Of a stretch of 53,290 nucleotides of DNA, positions 34,005-43,926 are shown piece after piece (within the stretch, counting starts at the first letter, position 1; the number at the start of each line of letters is the position of its first letter). The stretch lies in the UHGV virus genome UHGV-0119950; one strand, given 5' to 3'. The notes under the pieces are model-generated. The model was not told the DNA's origin and made no database searches. It saw only the letters and a list, made by a program, of their open reading frames with translations. Made by a program: the position numbers and the translations under genes. Source of the stretch: a virus.

Positions 34005-34026
34005 AGGGGCTTCGGCCCCTTTTTTA
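34005..34026 (+). terminator. Intrinsic terminator
   Basis: AGGGGC-TTCG-GCCCCT followed by T-run. Confidence 0.85.
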
Positions 34027-34152
34027 TTGCGCGTCCACCGCGCCTGACAAACGAGAGTCTTTCAGAAAGTGAGCCTGAGAACGCCGTACAGGTGGCGACC
34101 TCTCTCGGGCTGCGTTCTGGTGGACAGGCTCACTTTTTAAAAGGAAACGCAG

Positions 34153-34356
34153 ATGAAATACCAGATAGCGAAGTTATACCGTGGAGACCATTTCCTTGGT
34201 TACGGTATTGCCGTGGATGGTCAGCTACTGGATGGACAGGCCTCGACCAGCATTAACACCGAAATAACTTCCTTGCCAACGGTCACAGTGGTTTTTAACC
34301 TCAATAAAGACCACGCCGAAAATCAAATCACCATTGACCTTGACGAGAAGGTATAA
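34153..34356 (+). CDS. Hypothetical 67-aa protein
   Basis: SD AAAGGA. Ends 3 nt before the glycosyltransferase start. Confidence 0.55.
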   Translation: MKYQIAKLYRGDHFLGYGIAVDGQLLDGQASTSINTEITSLPTVTVVFNLNKDHAENQITIDLDEKV

Positions 34357-34359
34357 GCA

Positions 34360-35820
34360 ATGGATGTCATTGTTGGTGGGGTTCCTTATGTCCGCGCCGA
34401 TAGCGTTTCCCATAATAAAATTGGAATCGCGATAACCACTCACAACAGGCCGGATGTCCTCGCAAAATCACTTGAGCAACATCGAAAATATTTACCTCCC
34501 GGTGCGGTCGTGTTCGTCATTGATGATGGTTCAAATCCGCCAGCAACAGCTCCGGGTTGGTGTAATTTAATCCGGCACGATAATTCAAAAGGCATTGTTG
34601 CTTCGAAGAACGCCAGTCTTACAGCGCTGATGGATGCCGGGTGCGAGCATCTTTTTTTATGGGACGATGACGCATGGCCGATTGCCGATGGCTGGCATCT
34701 TCCGTATATCGAATCGCCTGAGCCGCATCTTGCGTATCAGTTCCTCGACCTTGCCGGGCCGCGAAAACTTAACGATCTCGCTGTGCTTTATAGCGACGAT
34801 AAGCATGTGGCGTACACCGGACAGCGCGGCGTGATGCTGTATTACCACCGCAGCGCTATCGAGCGTGTCGGTGGTTTCGACTGGATTTACGGGCGCGGCA
34901 TGTACGAACACAGCGACCTTGCCCTGCGCATCCATAACGCCGGGCTGACGACGTGGGTTTATGCCGACGTCACCAGCTCAGATAAGTTGATTCATTCGCT
35001 CGATGAGCATGAAGCTGTAGACCGTTCGGTGCCAACGGCAGACAGGAAAGCGCTGGTGGAACGTAATGTAAAAATCCACAACGAGCGGCGCGATACGGGG
35101 TATACCGGCTATGTCGAATACCGGCGCCAGCGCGACGTTGTGATCACAACATTACTGACGAGCCAACCGGACCCGCAGCGCGGTACGAAAATGACGGCCT
35201 CGCCTGACATGCTGGCTAAATGGGCGGCTTCGCTCCGGCAGTGTGGACGTATCGCGCTGGTGGATGAATTACTAACGGCCCCGGCAGATGTTGAGCTATG
35301 TCGCGTTCCTGACGTGAAGATGAATGTCTACTTTCGTCGCTGGTTGCACATCTGGCAGCACCTGCGAGATCACCCTGAATACCGGTTCGTCTGGTGTACC
35401 GATGGTACCGATGTCGAAATGCTTCGCGCGCCATGGGAAGAAATGGAGGCCGGGAAGCTCTACGTTGGCTCGGAGCCGAAAACTTACGCTGACGCCTGGG
35501 CAAAACAGAATCATCCTGAACGCATCTATCAGGAATTCATCGAACAGCATCGCAACGATGTGATGCTTAACGCCGGGCTTCTGGGTGGCACGCGCGCTGA
35601 TGTGATGGCGTTCGCTCACGGCATCATCCGTCTTTACTACCGGATCGAGAGTTATCGGTTCTGGAAGACAGAGCAGGCTGATGCAGCGGTGGGCGATATG
35701 ATCGCATTTGGCATTGTCGCGCAGTCATTTGGCGATCGCATTGTCACCGGCCCGCGCATCCACACAGTGTTTAAGTCTGAAGGTATCGGTAAGGAGTACG
35801 CCTGGTTTAAACATAAATAA
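34360..35820 (+). CDS. Two-domain glycosyltransferase (N-terminal GT2-like; C-terminal second nucleotide-sugar-transferase-like region)
   Basis: IGIAITTHNRPDVLAKSLEQ...VFVIDDGSNPP...LWDDDAWP (GT-A fold, DxD). C-terminal half VVITTLLTSQPDP...WCTDGTDVEM suggests a second GT-A-like module. Confidence 0.8.
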   Translation: MDVIVGGVPYVRADSVSHNKIGIAITTHNRPDVLAKSLEQHRKYLPPGAVVFVIDDGSNPPATAPGWCNLIRHDNSKGIVASKNASLTALMDAGCEHLFLWDDDAWPIADGWHLPYIESPEPHLAYQFLDLAGPRKLNDLAVLYSDDKHVAYTGQRGVMLYYHRSAIERVGGFDWIYGRGMYEHSDLALRIHNAGLTTWVYADVTSSDKLIHSLDEHEAVDRSVPTADRKALVERNVKIHNERRDTGYTGYVEYRRQRDVVITTLLTSQPDPQRGTKMTASPDMLAKWAASLRQCGRIALVDELLTAPADVELCRVPDVKMNVYFRRWLHIWQHLRDHPEYRFVWCTDGTDVEMLRAPWEEMEAGKLYVGSEPKTYADAWAKQNHPERIYQEFIEQHRNDVMLNAGLLGGTRADVMAFAHGIIRLYYRIESYRFWKTEQADAAVGDMIAFGIVAQSFGDRIVTGPRIHTVFKSEGIGKEYAWFKHK

Positions 35821-35920
35821 GGAGAATTTTGCATGTCTAACGAAGAAAACGTGGAGAAGCTGGTAAAGAAAAGCGTCCCTGACAAAAATGAGACGCTTGT
35901 GTTAGACCGATTAAAAGAAT

Positions 35921-36178
35921 CTATTCTTGACTGGGCGGCTTGTCTAAAGAGCGCTTCACAGTTGCCAGAGCATCCCTGGCGGCATTGATAAATCTCTCAT
36001 CATGAGAGGCTGCGGAGTTAGGAAGCTCTTTTACGAGATTTTCCATTTCAGCGATCAGATAAGTGGAAACGCCATTATTCACACTCAATTTATCCATGGC
36101 GCTGATCATTTTAGGGAGGAGAAATCCAACCTGTAACTCGAGAGTAAAAATTCTGTCAAAAAGCTCTTTGCTATCCAT
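35921..36178 (-). CDS. Hypothetical helical 85-aa protein, antisense to the late operon
   Basis: AT-rich ORF on the opposite strand between the two glycosyltransferase genes. Confidence 0.45.
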   Translation of the reverse strand: MDSKELFDRIFTLELQVGFLLPKMISAMDKLSVNNGVSTYLIAEMENLVKELPNSAASHDERFINAARDALATVKRSLDKPPSQE

Positions 36179-36306
36179 TAATTTCCTTATTCAGAGGTAA
36201 TCAGCCATCCCTCCGTACCTGAGTGCGCCAGTGTCCCACCACTGACGGGCTGAATGTTTACCTTAACCAGGGTTAAAGAGAAGCAACACCCTGATATTCA
36301 GACAGT

Positions 36307-36329
36307 AGCCGCCATCGTGCGGCTTTTTT
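36307..36329 (+). terminator. Intrinsic terminator
   Basis: AGCCGC-CATCGT-GCGGCT followed by T6. Confidence 0.8.
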
Positions 36330-36344
36330 ATTGGAGATTCGCTG

Positions 36345-36941
36345 GTGGCTGAAAAAATAAAGTTTGTGGTTATCGGCCATCGCTCAAGAGAACCTCAGGC
36401 GCGAGCGCTGGCCTACCAAATCGGCCCCTCCGCCCACGTGATGATCGACCCTGACAGCCATGGAGCAGCATGGAATCACCGACGTGCGCTTGAGTGGGCT
36501 ACTGAACAGGACTGTCGGGTTGTAATCATTGAGGATGACGCGATACCTGTATCGTGCTTTGTGGCTCTGATTACTGGATGGTTAGAGCGCTTCCCCGACA
36601 CCCTGTTGAGCTTTTACCTGGGCACTGGCCGACCGCCGCAGTACCAGATGCAGATTGCTGAACGTTTGATCGTTGCCGATAAAACGCGCGCTGACTTCAT
36701 CACGTTGCCACGATTAATACATGGTGTGTGCTACAGCGTCCCGCCCCAGCATATTGAGCGCGTGTTATCTCGATGGGACAGCAGTAAGCCAGCCGATTAT
36801 GCCGTGGGTGATGCCTGGGGCGGTTCAGTGGTCTATCCGTGTTACTCACTGGTGGAGCATGCCGACGGTGAACCGGTAGAGCGTCATCCAGACAGAATAC
36901 CGCGCACAGAGCGCCGACGGGCGTGGAGATTATCTCAATGA
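36345..36941 (+). CDS. Glycosyltransferase (GT25-like, LPS-type)
   Basis: 198 aa, GTG start after GGAG. KFVVIGHRSREPQARAL...CRVVIIEDDAIP resembles family-25 LOS/LPS glycosyltransferases as remembered. Confidence 0.65.
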   Translation: MAEKIKFVVIGHRSREPQARALAYQIGPSAHVMIDPDSHGAAWNHRRALEWATEQDCRVVIIEDDAIPVSCFVALITGWLERFPDTLLSFYLGTGRPPQYQMQIAERLIVADKTRADFITLPRLIHGVCYSVPPQHIERVLSRWDSSKPADYAVGDAWGGSVVYPCYSLVEHADGEPVERHPDRIPRTERRRAWRLSQ

Positions 36942-37333
36942 CAACCTATATAACCGTTGCCGATGTTGACCAGTTGCTTGGCGAAAACTGGACTGAGCCA
37001 GATAAAAAGGCAAAAGCGGTTCTGATGGCCAATACCTGGATGACAGGCCTAAATCTTCAGGATATCGACCTCAATAATATCCCTGATGATGTAAAACAGG
37101 CCGGGGCATACGCTGCTTCCGTCGCGGCTGCTGGCAATCTATATCAACAAAAAACAGATTCTGGCGTGGTGACGAGTAAAAGCGTTGAAGCCGATGATGT
37201 GAAGGTTTCCAGAACGTTTGCCGAGCTTTCAACAAGCAGCACTGAATTACTTGATCCTGATTTGCAACTGGCGCTGGCCATGCTCAATCCATGGATGCTT
37301 AGCCCGTTCCAGACGTTCTTTGTGAGGTCTTGA
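36938..37333 (+). CDS. Head-tail connector / head completion protein
   Basis: 131 aa from MTTYITVADVDQLLG (typical N-terminus of gp6-like connector proteins). ATGA coupling. Confidence 0.6.
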   Translation: MTTYITVADVDQLLGENWTEPDKKAKAVLMANTWMTGLNLQDIDLNNIPDDVKQAGAYAASVAAAGNLYQQKTDSGVVTSKSVEADDVKVSRTFAELSTSSTELLDPDLQLALAMLNPWMLSPFQTFFVRS

Positions 37334-37334
37334 T

Positions 37335-37589
37335 ATGTCCGATTTTAAAGTTGTCCCATTTCAAAAGACCAATCAGCACAAAGTGGATAATGGTGAGGTT
37401 ATTCGCTTGCTGAAACAGGCCCTGGAACACGCAGAAAATGGGGGGTGCCACAGCGTTGCAGTGATACTGCTTGATGATGCCGGGAATGCAATCGATTGTT
37501 GGCATAACGGTGGTCGGCCGTATGTAATGGTGGGTGCTATGGAGTCGCTTAAAACGGATTTTATCCATACTCATATTGAGCGGCGGTGA
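37335..37589 (+). CDS. Hypothetical virion-module protein
   Basis: 84-aa ORF in the structural operon. Confidence 0.55.
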   Translation: MSDFKVVPFQKTNQHKVDNGEVIRLLKQALEHAENGGCHSVAVILLDDAGNAIDCWHNGGRPYVMVGAMESLKTDFIHTHIERR

Positions 37590-37593
37590 CGCT

Positions 37594-37977
37594 ATGGGCA
37601 TTCGTGACGAGCTTCAGACCGAAATCGCCGCAGCGTTCGATGACGATCTTGCCGACGCCGTTAACAACTTTACCGGCTCTTACGTCATCCAAACCGGATG
37701 GGACCCGGTAACGGAAACAGGCGGTGAAACCACAGTGACCTACACCGGGCGTGGCGTTCTGTCGAAATACAGCCTCAACCGCATCGATGGCGTCAATATC
37801 CTGCACGGTGACCTGAAATTAACCGCGCTGACGAATGAAGTTACCGACGAACCGAAAGTCGATCACTTCATCACTGCACCAGACCTGATTACCGGAGAAC
37901 AGCAGCACTACAAGGTCATTACGGCAGGAACCGATCCGGCGAAAGCAACATATTCCATTCAGTTACGGAGGGTGTGA
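37594..37977 (+). CDS. Head-tail adaptor / head closure protein
   Basis: 127 aa from the ATG at 37594. Position in the connector block. Confidence 0.55.
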   Translation: MGIRDELQTEIAAAFDDDLADAVNNFTGSYVIQTGWDPVTETGGETTVTYTGRGVLSKYSLNRIDGVNILHGDLKLTALTNEVTDEPKVDHFITAPDLITGEQQHYKVITAGTDPAKATYSIQLRRV

Positions 37978-37978
37978 T

Positions 37979-38359
37979 ATGGCGAACGGGTGGAGTATCG
38001 ACCCCTCTGTTTTTATGAATCAGGTTGAGGAGGACGTTGGTAAAAAATTGCGTTTTATCTCGCTTCAGTTGCTGAATGAAATTGTCTCTCGCTCTCCGGT
38101 CGATACCGGGCGTTTCCGTGCGAATAATCAGGTGAGTATCGGCTCTCCTGAATACGGCACCACCGATACAACAGATAAAAATGGATCGGCGACTTTGCAG
38201 CAAGGCAGCGCTGTTATAGCGCAGGGAAAACCTTATTCAGTCATCTACATTCAGAATAACCTCCCATACGCGGAACCTCTGGAAAATGGTCACTCGCAGC
38301 AGGCTCCGGCGGGTATCTACGCTGTCTCATTCCACGGTGTAACACAGGCCTACAAATGA
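37979..38359 (+). CDS. HK97 gp10-like tail component
   Basis: SPVDTGRFRANN...NNLPYAEPLENGHS is the HK97 gp10 family signature. Confidence 0.75.
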   Translation: MANGWSIDPSVFMNQVEEDVGKKLRFISLQLLNEIVSRSPVDTGRFRANNQVSIGSPEYGTTDTTDKNGSATLQQGSAVIAQGKPYSVIYIQNNLPYAEPLENGHSQQAPAGIYAVSFHGVTQAYK

Positions 38360-38748
38360 CCCTCACAGAAATTCGTAACGCTGTCATCACCCGAATGACG
38401 GCGCAGACGGCTATTGCCTCTGATGCTGTGGATTATCCCAACGGACCAGTATTTGACCCAAGCGGTCGCGATATCTGGGCTCGCTTTACCAATATTTCCG
38501 GACTGGCCGGCGCGAATGAAATCGGTGCAGGACCCGTCGTTCAACGCACCGGGGTATTGATTATTCAGATCTTCGTCCCTGTTGGTTCTGGCTCTCTGCT
38601 TATCACTCAAACAGCAGACAAACTCCGCGAGCTTTTCGAATTCCAGAATGATGGAAAACTCAGTTATTTCGCCGTTTCCGCTGTTCCTGCTGGTGAAACA
38701 GATGGCTGGTCTCAGCTCAATCTACAAATTCCTTACCGCGCTCTGTAG
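38356..38748 (+). CDS. Tail terminator / tail completion protein
   Basis: 130 aa, ATGA coupling. Precedes the tail tube gene. Confidence 0.6.
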   Translation: MTLTEIRNAVITRMTAQTAIASDAVDYPNGPVFDPSGRDIWARFTNISGLAGANEIGAGPVVQRTGVLIIQIFVPVGSGSLLITQTADKLRELFEFQNDGKLSYFAVSAVPAGETDGWSQLNLQIPYRAL

Positions 38749-38774
38749 CGCTTAACTTCGATGGAGGTGACCGC

Positions 38775-39695
38775 ATGTCGAGCGGCGCTAAGGTACTCTC
38801 GGCCTTTATACGGGAAACTACGGTAGGTGTAACTCCGGCAGGAGCGTGGAGTCTGATAAAGCGCTCCGCGTGGGGGGTGAAACCGACCCAAAACACAAAT
38901 GACAATGACGAAATCGGTGGCACCCGCATGGCGCAGGGTATGTCGATGGGCACCGTTGATGTCGGTGGCGATGTGGCGACGAAGTTTCGCTGGGGACAGC
39001 ATGATGCGTTTCTGGCGTCCTGCTTCGGTGCTGACTGGGTTGGCGATAGCCTGACTATGGGTAATGAACGTATCACGTTCTCACTCGCAACGTATGCTTC
39101 CGATGTTGGTATCGCCTCTATCGTTCGCGGCGCGCAGGTAAGCGTGTTCCAGTTGGAGGTTCCTAACGACGGTGATGTTACCGCGACGATCACTTTCGCC
39201 GGGCTGGGCTGGGATTCGAAAGCTGATGACACCAGTTATATCGAAGGAACACCTGCGGATAACTCTGGCGAGCTGCGTTACTCGTTCAAAGAGGTCACGG
39301 CAATCAACCTGAACGGCATCGACGGCGGTGATGGTTTCTGTATCGACACCTTCAACATCCAGTTCGACAACAACGTTCAGACCCAGCGTTGTATCGGCAC
39401 CGGCTCACCATATGCCGGGGCCAATATTCCGACTACGTTCACGCCGTCAGGTTCAATCACATTATCCTGGTCTAAAGCTGCGTGGGAGGTTTGGAGCAAA
39501 ACACTGACCGGGGCGACGGTGCCGTTTAGCTTCACCCTGGCGAACGACGAAGGGCAGTACACTTTCAACTTCCCGAAAGTACAGGTCGCAGGCGACTGGC
39601 CGGATGGGGGCAATACCGACATTATCCAGGTTCAACTCGATATCACTGCGGCAGACGAGTCACCGACCATTACCCGCACAGCTGCGGGCAGTTAA
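38775..39695 (+). CDS. Major tail (tube) protein
   Basis: 306 aa, strong SD GGAGGTGA. Immediately upstream of the chaperone pair and tape measure. Confidence 0.75.
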   Translation: MSSGAKVLSAFIRETTVGVTPAGAWSLIKRSAWGVKPTQNTNDNDEIGGTRMAQGMSMGTVDVGGDVATKFRWGQHDAFLASCFGADWVGDSLTMGNERITFSLATYASDVGIASIVRGAQVSVFQLEVPNDGDVTATITFAGLGWDSKADDTSYIEGTPADNSGELRYSFKEVTAINLNGIDGGDGFCIDTFNIQFDNNVQTQRCIGTGSPYAGANIPTTFTPSGSITLSWSKAAWEVWSKTLTGATVPFSFTLANDEGQYTFNFPKVQVAGDWPDGGNTDIIQVQLDITAADESPTITRTAAGS

Positions 39696-39755
39696 TTTCC
39701 CTTGCCCGTTCCGCTCTGCATGGCGGCGCGGGCTTTTTTCATGCAGGAGTTTCGA

Positions 39756-40223
39756 ATGATTATCCTCAACCCACGAATTGATGTTGGTGGCGAGCGCTGG
39801 TTTACGCCGCTGAAAGATCTCAAACCCATTGAAGGCCTAAAGCTGCTCGTCAGCAGCGTTGATAACGACCAGTATCGCTCGCGTAATGCGCTTATACGCC
39901 GCCACATTGAAAAAATGGATGCCAGTTACCAGGTGGGAACCAGCGAATTTAGCCTGTCTGCGGTCGGGGAAATTGACTCTGCCGATGATCTTCTGATCGA
40001 CAACTGCGCGCGTTACCTGCTGAAAGACTGGAAGGGCGTTGGTGAGCTTGTTGAAGGCGAAGAAGTTCCGATTGAGTACACACCTGAACGCGGCGCTGCA
40101 CTTCTGAAACAGGAACCAGCAATTTACTGGCAAATTCTGGCTGAAGCCGCCAGCATCGCTCAGGGCAAAGAGCAGCAAAAGCAGGAAACCGTAAAAAAGC
40201 CATCGAAGCGCAGAAATGGCTAA
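39756..40223 (+). CDS. Tail assembly chaperone (G-like)
   Basis: 155 aa from the ATG at 39756 (SD GCAGGAG). Between the tube and tape measure genes. Contains a slippery site near its 3-prime end. Confidence 0.8.
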   Translation: MIILNPRIDVGGERWFTPLKDLKPIEGLKLLVSSVDNDQYRSRNALIRRHIEKMDASYQVGTSEFSLSAVGEIDSADDLLIDNCARYLLKDWKGVGELVEGEEVPIEYTPERGAALLKQEPAIYWQILAEAASIAQGKEQQKQETVKKPSKRRNG

Positions 40224-40543
40224 GCGAGTTCGGCGGGGAGCAGGGCGAAAAGGCAAAGTGGCGAAGGGAGAAATTAAAACTTCCGCCAATCCCTGAGCCA
40301 GAAATCGACGGCGTGACAGGGGAAATCCTCAACGCTTACTCCGTTATTTCCCGCTCCCGGCTGTATGCCGGGATGGCTGGCGCGCCGCTGCCGATATCGC
40401 TTCATGATATTGAGCGCTTTCTTTCTGCACGTCCCGTCCTCATTGATCGTGATGAATTTGACGCGGCGATATTTGCCCTCGATGACGCATGGCGTGAGCA
40501 GTGGGCGCAGGAACAGAAAAAACACGGCAAACAGAAACAATAA
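39756..40543 (+). CDS. Tail assembly chaperone frameshift product (GT-like), -1 shift at 40193-40199
   Basis: The -1 frame is open from 40145 to 40543. Slipping on A AAA AAG joins ...QETVKK to KAIEAQKWLSEFGG...HGKQKQ. Confidence 0.75.
40193..40199 (+). promoter_or_regulatory. Programmed -1 ribosomal frameshift slippery heptamer A-AAA-AAG
   Basis: In the G frame the codons are GTA AAA AAG. Canonical X XXY YYZ site at the conserved G/GT location. Confidence 0.8.
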
Positions 40544-40582
40544 GCCCGGTATGTCCGGGTATTTTTATGCCCGGAGATCGCT

Positions 40583-43462
40583 ATGTCAGAACAGACATCC
40601 CGCCTCGCCGTCATTATTGACAGCACCGGCGCAGAAAAAAATGCTGAAAGCCTGACCAGCGCCCTTCACGGGCTTACCGAGTGGGGGCAGAAAGCAGCGG
40701 CCAGCGCCGGAAAAGTAACGAAGGCGACCGAAGAAGAATCCGCTGCTTTATCGGAACTACTGGACCGCATTGATCCGGTTAACGCTGCGCTGAACAAACT
40801 GGATAAACAACAGCAACAACTGGCGAAATTTAAGTCGAAAGGCATGCTGGACGATGAGACCTTTGATGTCTATTCGAAAAAAATCGAAGAGGCCCGCAAT
40901 CGTCTCTCTGGGTTTTCAGAGCAATTGAAAAATACTGGCATGTCAGCAAAGCAAACCGCTTTTGCGATGCGCATGCTGCCCGCTCAGATGACCGATATCG
41001 TCGTGGGTCTGTCTACCGGGCAAAGTCCGTTCATGGTGCTGATGCAGCAGGGCGGTCAGTTAAAAGATATGTTCGGCGGCATCGGCCCGGCGATTAAAGG
41101 CGTTAGCTCCTATGTGATGGGCCTGATCAATCCTTTCACGCTGGCGGCTGCTGCGGTCGGCGTGCTGGGTGTGGCGTACTACAAAGGCACGCAGGAACAG
41201 GACGCTTTCAATAAATCACTCATCCTGACGGGTAACCAGGTAGGGAAAACATCGGGTCAACTGGCGGACATTGCCGCGCGTGCTGGTGTAGCGGCGAACT
41301 CTACCACTGGCAAAGCAGCATCGACGTTAAATTTACTGGTGGAATCTGGAAAGGTTGCCGGTGACTCGCTTGAGCGCGTGACCACTGCCGTTGTTAAAAC
41401 GAGTGAGGCCACTGGTATTGCGACCGATAAACTGGTGGACGATTTCAACAAAATTGCCGCCGATCCGGTTGAGGCAATCACTAAACTGAACGATCAGTAT
41501 CACTTCCTTACGCTGGCAACTTACAACCAGATTAAGGCCCTCCAGGATGAAGGGAATCAGCAGGAAGCGGCGCGCGTTGCTACTGATGCTTACGCCACCA
41601 CCATGCAGCAGCGTGCCGCAGATATTCAGGATAACCTCGGTTATCTCGAAAAGGCATGGAACGGACTCACCGGCGCAGCAAAAGGCGCATGGGATGCAAT
41701 GCTGGGCGTTGGGCGCGAGCAGTCTCTTGAACAACGCTTGGCTGATGCGACTAAAAAGGCAAATGATGCGCGCGGCAAAGCCGTGGGTAATATTTTCGGT
41801 GTGCCAGGGTGGCAAACTGAAGCAGCAGCAGCGGCTAATTTTCTGCAAAGTGCTATCGACCTGCAAGGCGACCTTACAAAAGTTGTCGCGGCTGGCAGAG
41901 AAGAGCAGGATAAGGCAATTAAAATACAGCAGGAAGCTGATCGCGTTAACCAGCAGTTCCTGTCGAATGCTGATAAGCGAAACAAGGCGATTCAGCAGCA
42001 GAAGAAATTCCTTGATGCCGGGGCCATCAGTGCAGATCAGTACGCGAAAAATATCGCGCGCATCAATGAAATGTACAAAGACCCTAAATCGCCAACAGCA
42101 GCGAAGGGAAAAGCATATAGCGAAGATGCAGCGACACGACTGCTGGACCAGTTAAACCAGCAGACATCCGCAATGCAGTCCCAGCTTGACGCCAGCGATA
42201 AGCTCACCAGCGCCACTCAGGCGCGAGTGAAGTTTGAACAGCAGATAGCTGACCTCAAATCGAAAACGCAGCTCACCGCCGATCAGAAATCGCTTTTGTC
42301 CCGCTCTGAAGAAATTCTTCAGGCCTACAAACGACAGGAGGCGTTACAAAACTCCGTTAAAACGCTCGACGATTATCGGAAAATGCAGGAGCAGGTTAAA
42401 GCGAAGGATGAGCAGCAGAATGATTTGCTTCGCGAACGGCTTGCGCTGCTGGAAAAAGCAAAAGCCACAGGGAAGCTGGCGCCGGGGGAATACGAGCAAA
42501 CCCGATCTGATATTTACAAAAACACCCCAGCGGAGTTGCCTTCTTCAGTGAAGAGTGTGGTTGGCAACCTGTCACCGACTGGCGGCCAGTTATCCGGCAC
42601 GTTCGGCGGTATGCAACAGCAGTACATGCAACTCGATCAGGCGCAACAGCAGTTACAAACGTGGTTGCAGGCGCAGGAAGCAGCATATGCCCAGGCTGCG
42701 CAAATCACCACGGAAGGCGAAGCGCGCATGACAGCAATCCGCCAGCAGGCGGCGCAAGCCAACCAGGTTATTGAATCCCAGAAAAACGAAATCATCACCA
42801 GTGCGACGCAAACCATGATCGACAGTGGTTTGCAGATTCTGGCGACTGGTTTCGGGGAGCAATCCGGGATTTATAAAGCTGCGTTCGCTGCCAGCAAGGC
42901 ATTCGCTATTGCACAGTCTCTGGTTTCGATCCAGCAGGGGATAGCGATGGCGGCGGCTAACCCGTTCCCGTACAACATCGCTGCGATGGCATCCGTTGCA
43001 GCGGCGACGGCGAGCATCGTTTCTAACATTGCAGCCGTAGCTGATGTTGGTTTTGCTGTCGGTGGTTTTACGGGCCCGGGCGGAAAATACCAGCCCGCCG
43101 GGATAGTGCATAAAGGCGAGTATGTTTTTGACCAGGCTGCAACCAACCGGATCGGCGTCTCGAACCTTGAGGCGCTGCGCAATGGTGGTTCTCTGGATGC
43201 AACGCTGAGCAAGCCCGGTTTCGGTACGGGGGCGCAGAACGTCAATAACAACAGCAATGCTATGACCCTGAACGCCCCCATCAACCAGAACTTCAATATT
43301 CAGCAGGGAGTAAGCCCAGACCAGATGAATCTGTCGCTGGCGCAGACTCAGAAACAGGCTACCAGCGATGCATTAGATCAGGTCGCCAATCAGATCGTGA
43401 AAGGTAACGGGAAGGTGGGTAACGCAATGCGAGGAACGTACACCGGAAGGAGAATGACCTGA
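40583..43462 (+). CDS. Tape measure protein
   Basis: 959 aa, long helical/coiled regions with hydrophobic segments. Canonical position. Confidence 0.92.
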   Translation: MSEQTSRLAVIIDSTGAEKNAESLTSALHGLTEWGQKAAASAGKVTKATEEESAALSELLDRIDPVNAALNKLDKQQQQLAKFKSKGMLDDETFDVYSKKIEEARNRLSGFSEQLKNTGMSAKQTAFAMRMLPAQMTDIVVGLSTGQSPFMVLMQQGGQLKDMFGGIGPAIKGVSSYVMGLINPFTLAAAAVGVLGVAYYKGTQEQDAFNKSLILTGNQVGKTSGQLADIAARAGVAANSTTGKAASTLNLLVESGKVAGDSLERVTTAVVKTSEATGIATDKLVDDFNKIAADPVEAITKLNDQYHFLTLATYNQIKALQDEGNQQEAARVATDAYATTMQQRAADIQDNLGYLEKAWNGLTGAAKGAWDAMLGVGREQSLEQRLADATKKANDARGKAVGNIFGVPGWQTEAAAAANFLQSAIDLQGDLTKVVAAGREEQDKAIKIQQEADRVNQQFLSNADKRNKAIQQQKKFLDAGAISADQYAKNIARINEMYKDPKSPTAAKGKAYSEDAATRLLDQLNQQTSAMQSQLDASDKLTSATQARVKFEQQIADLKSKTQLTADQKSLLSRSEEILQAYKRQEALQNSVKTLDDYRKMQEQVKAKDEQQNDLLRERLALLEKAKATGKLAPGEYEQTRSDIYKNTPAELPSSVKSVVGNLSPTGGQLSGTFGGMQQQYMQLDQAQQQLQTWLQAQEAAYAQAAQITTEGEARMTAIRQQAAQANQVIESQKNEIITSATQTMIDSGLQILATGFGEQSGIYKAAFAASKAFAIAQSLVSIQQGIAMAAANPFPYNIAAMASVAAATASIVSNIAAVADVGFAVGGFTGPGGKYQPAGIVHKGEYVFDQAATNRIGVSNLEALRNGGSLDATLSKPGFGTGAQNVNNNSNAMTLNAPINQNFNIQQGVSPDQMNLSLAQTQKQATSDALDQVANQIVKGNGKVGNAMRGTYTGRRMT

Positions 43463-43926
43463 TGGCTGAAAAATACTATCCTCACGATTATCTCCCTATG
43501 CCGCTTCAGGACGGTTATGCATTTCAGCCAGTCAGTCCGTTAAAGCGCACCGAAATAACCACCGGCCGCGCCCGTCAGCGCCGCGCGTTTATTTCGACAC
43601 CGACACAGGCAAATGTGCAGTGGTTTTTCGAAAACGATGCTCAGGCTCAGCTTTTTGAGGGCTGGTATCACGAAACCATCACTGACGGCGCCGACTGGTT
43701 TTTTATGCGGTTGCAAACGCCGCTGGGCGTTGAACTCTACAAATGTCGGTTTACGGACATCTATCAGGGGCCGACGCTGGTCGCCCCGATTTACTGGCAG
43801 TTCTCCGCGACGCTTGAGCTGTGGACTCGACCCGTCCTCGGCGATGGCTGGGCTGAGTTCCCGGATTACATCATCAACAGCAGCATCATCGATATTGCAC
43901 TTAACAGGGAGTGGCCGGAAGCATGA
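43462..43926 (+). CDS. Minor tail protein (distal tail, M-like position)
   Basis: 154 aa, TGATG coupling to the tape measure gene. Confidence 0.65.
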   Translation: MAEKYYPHDYLPMPLQDGYAFQPVSPLKRTEITTGRARQRRAFISTPTQANVQWFFENDAQAQLFEGWYHETITDGADWFFMRLQTPLGVELYKCRFTDIYQGPTLVAPIYWQFSATLELWTRPVLGDGWAEFPDYIINSSIIDIALNREWPEA

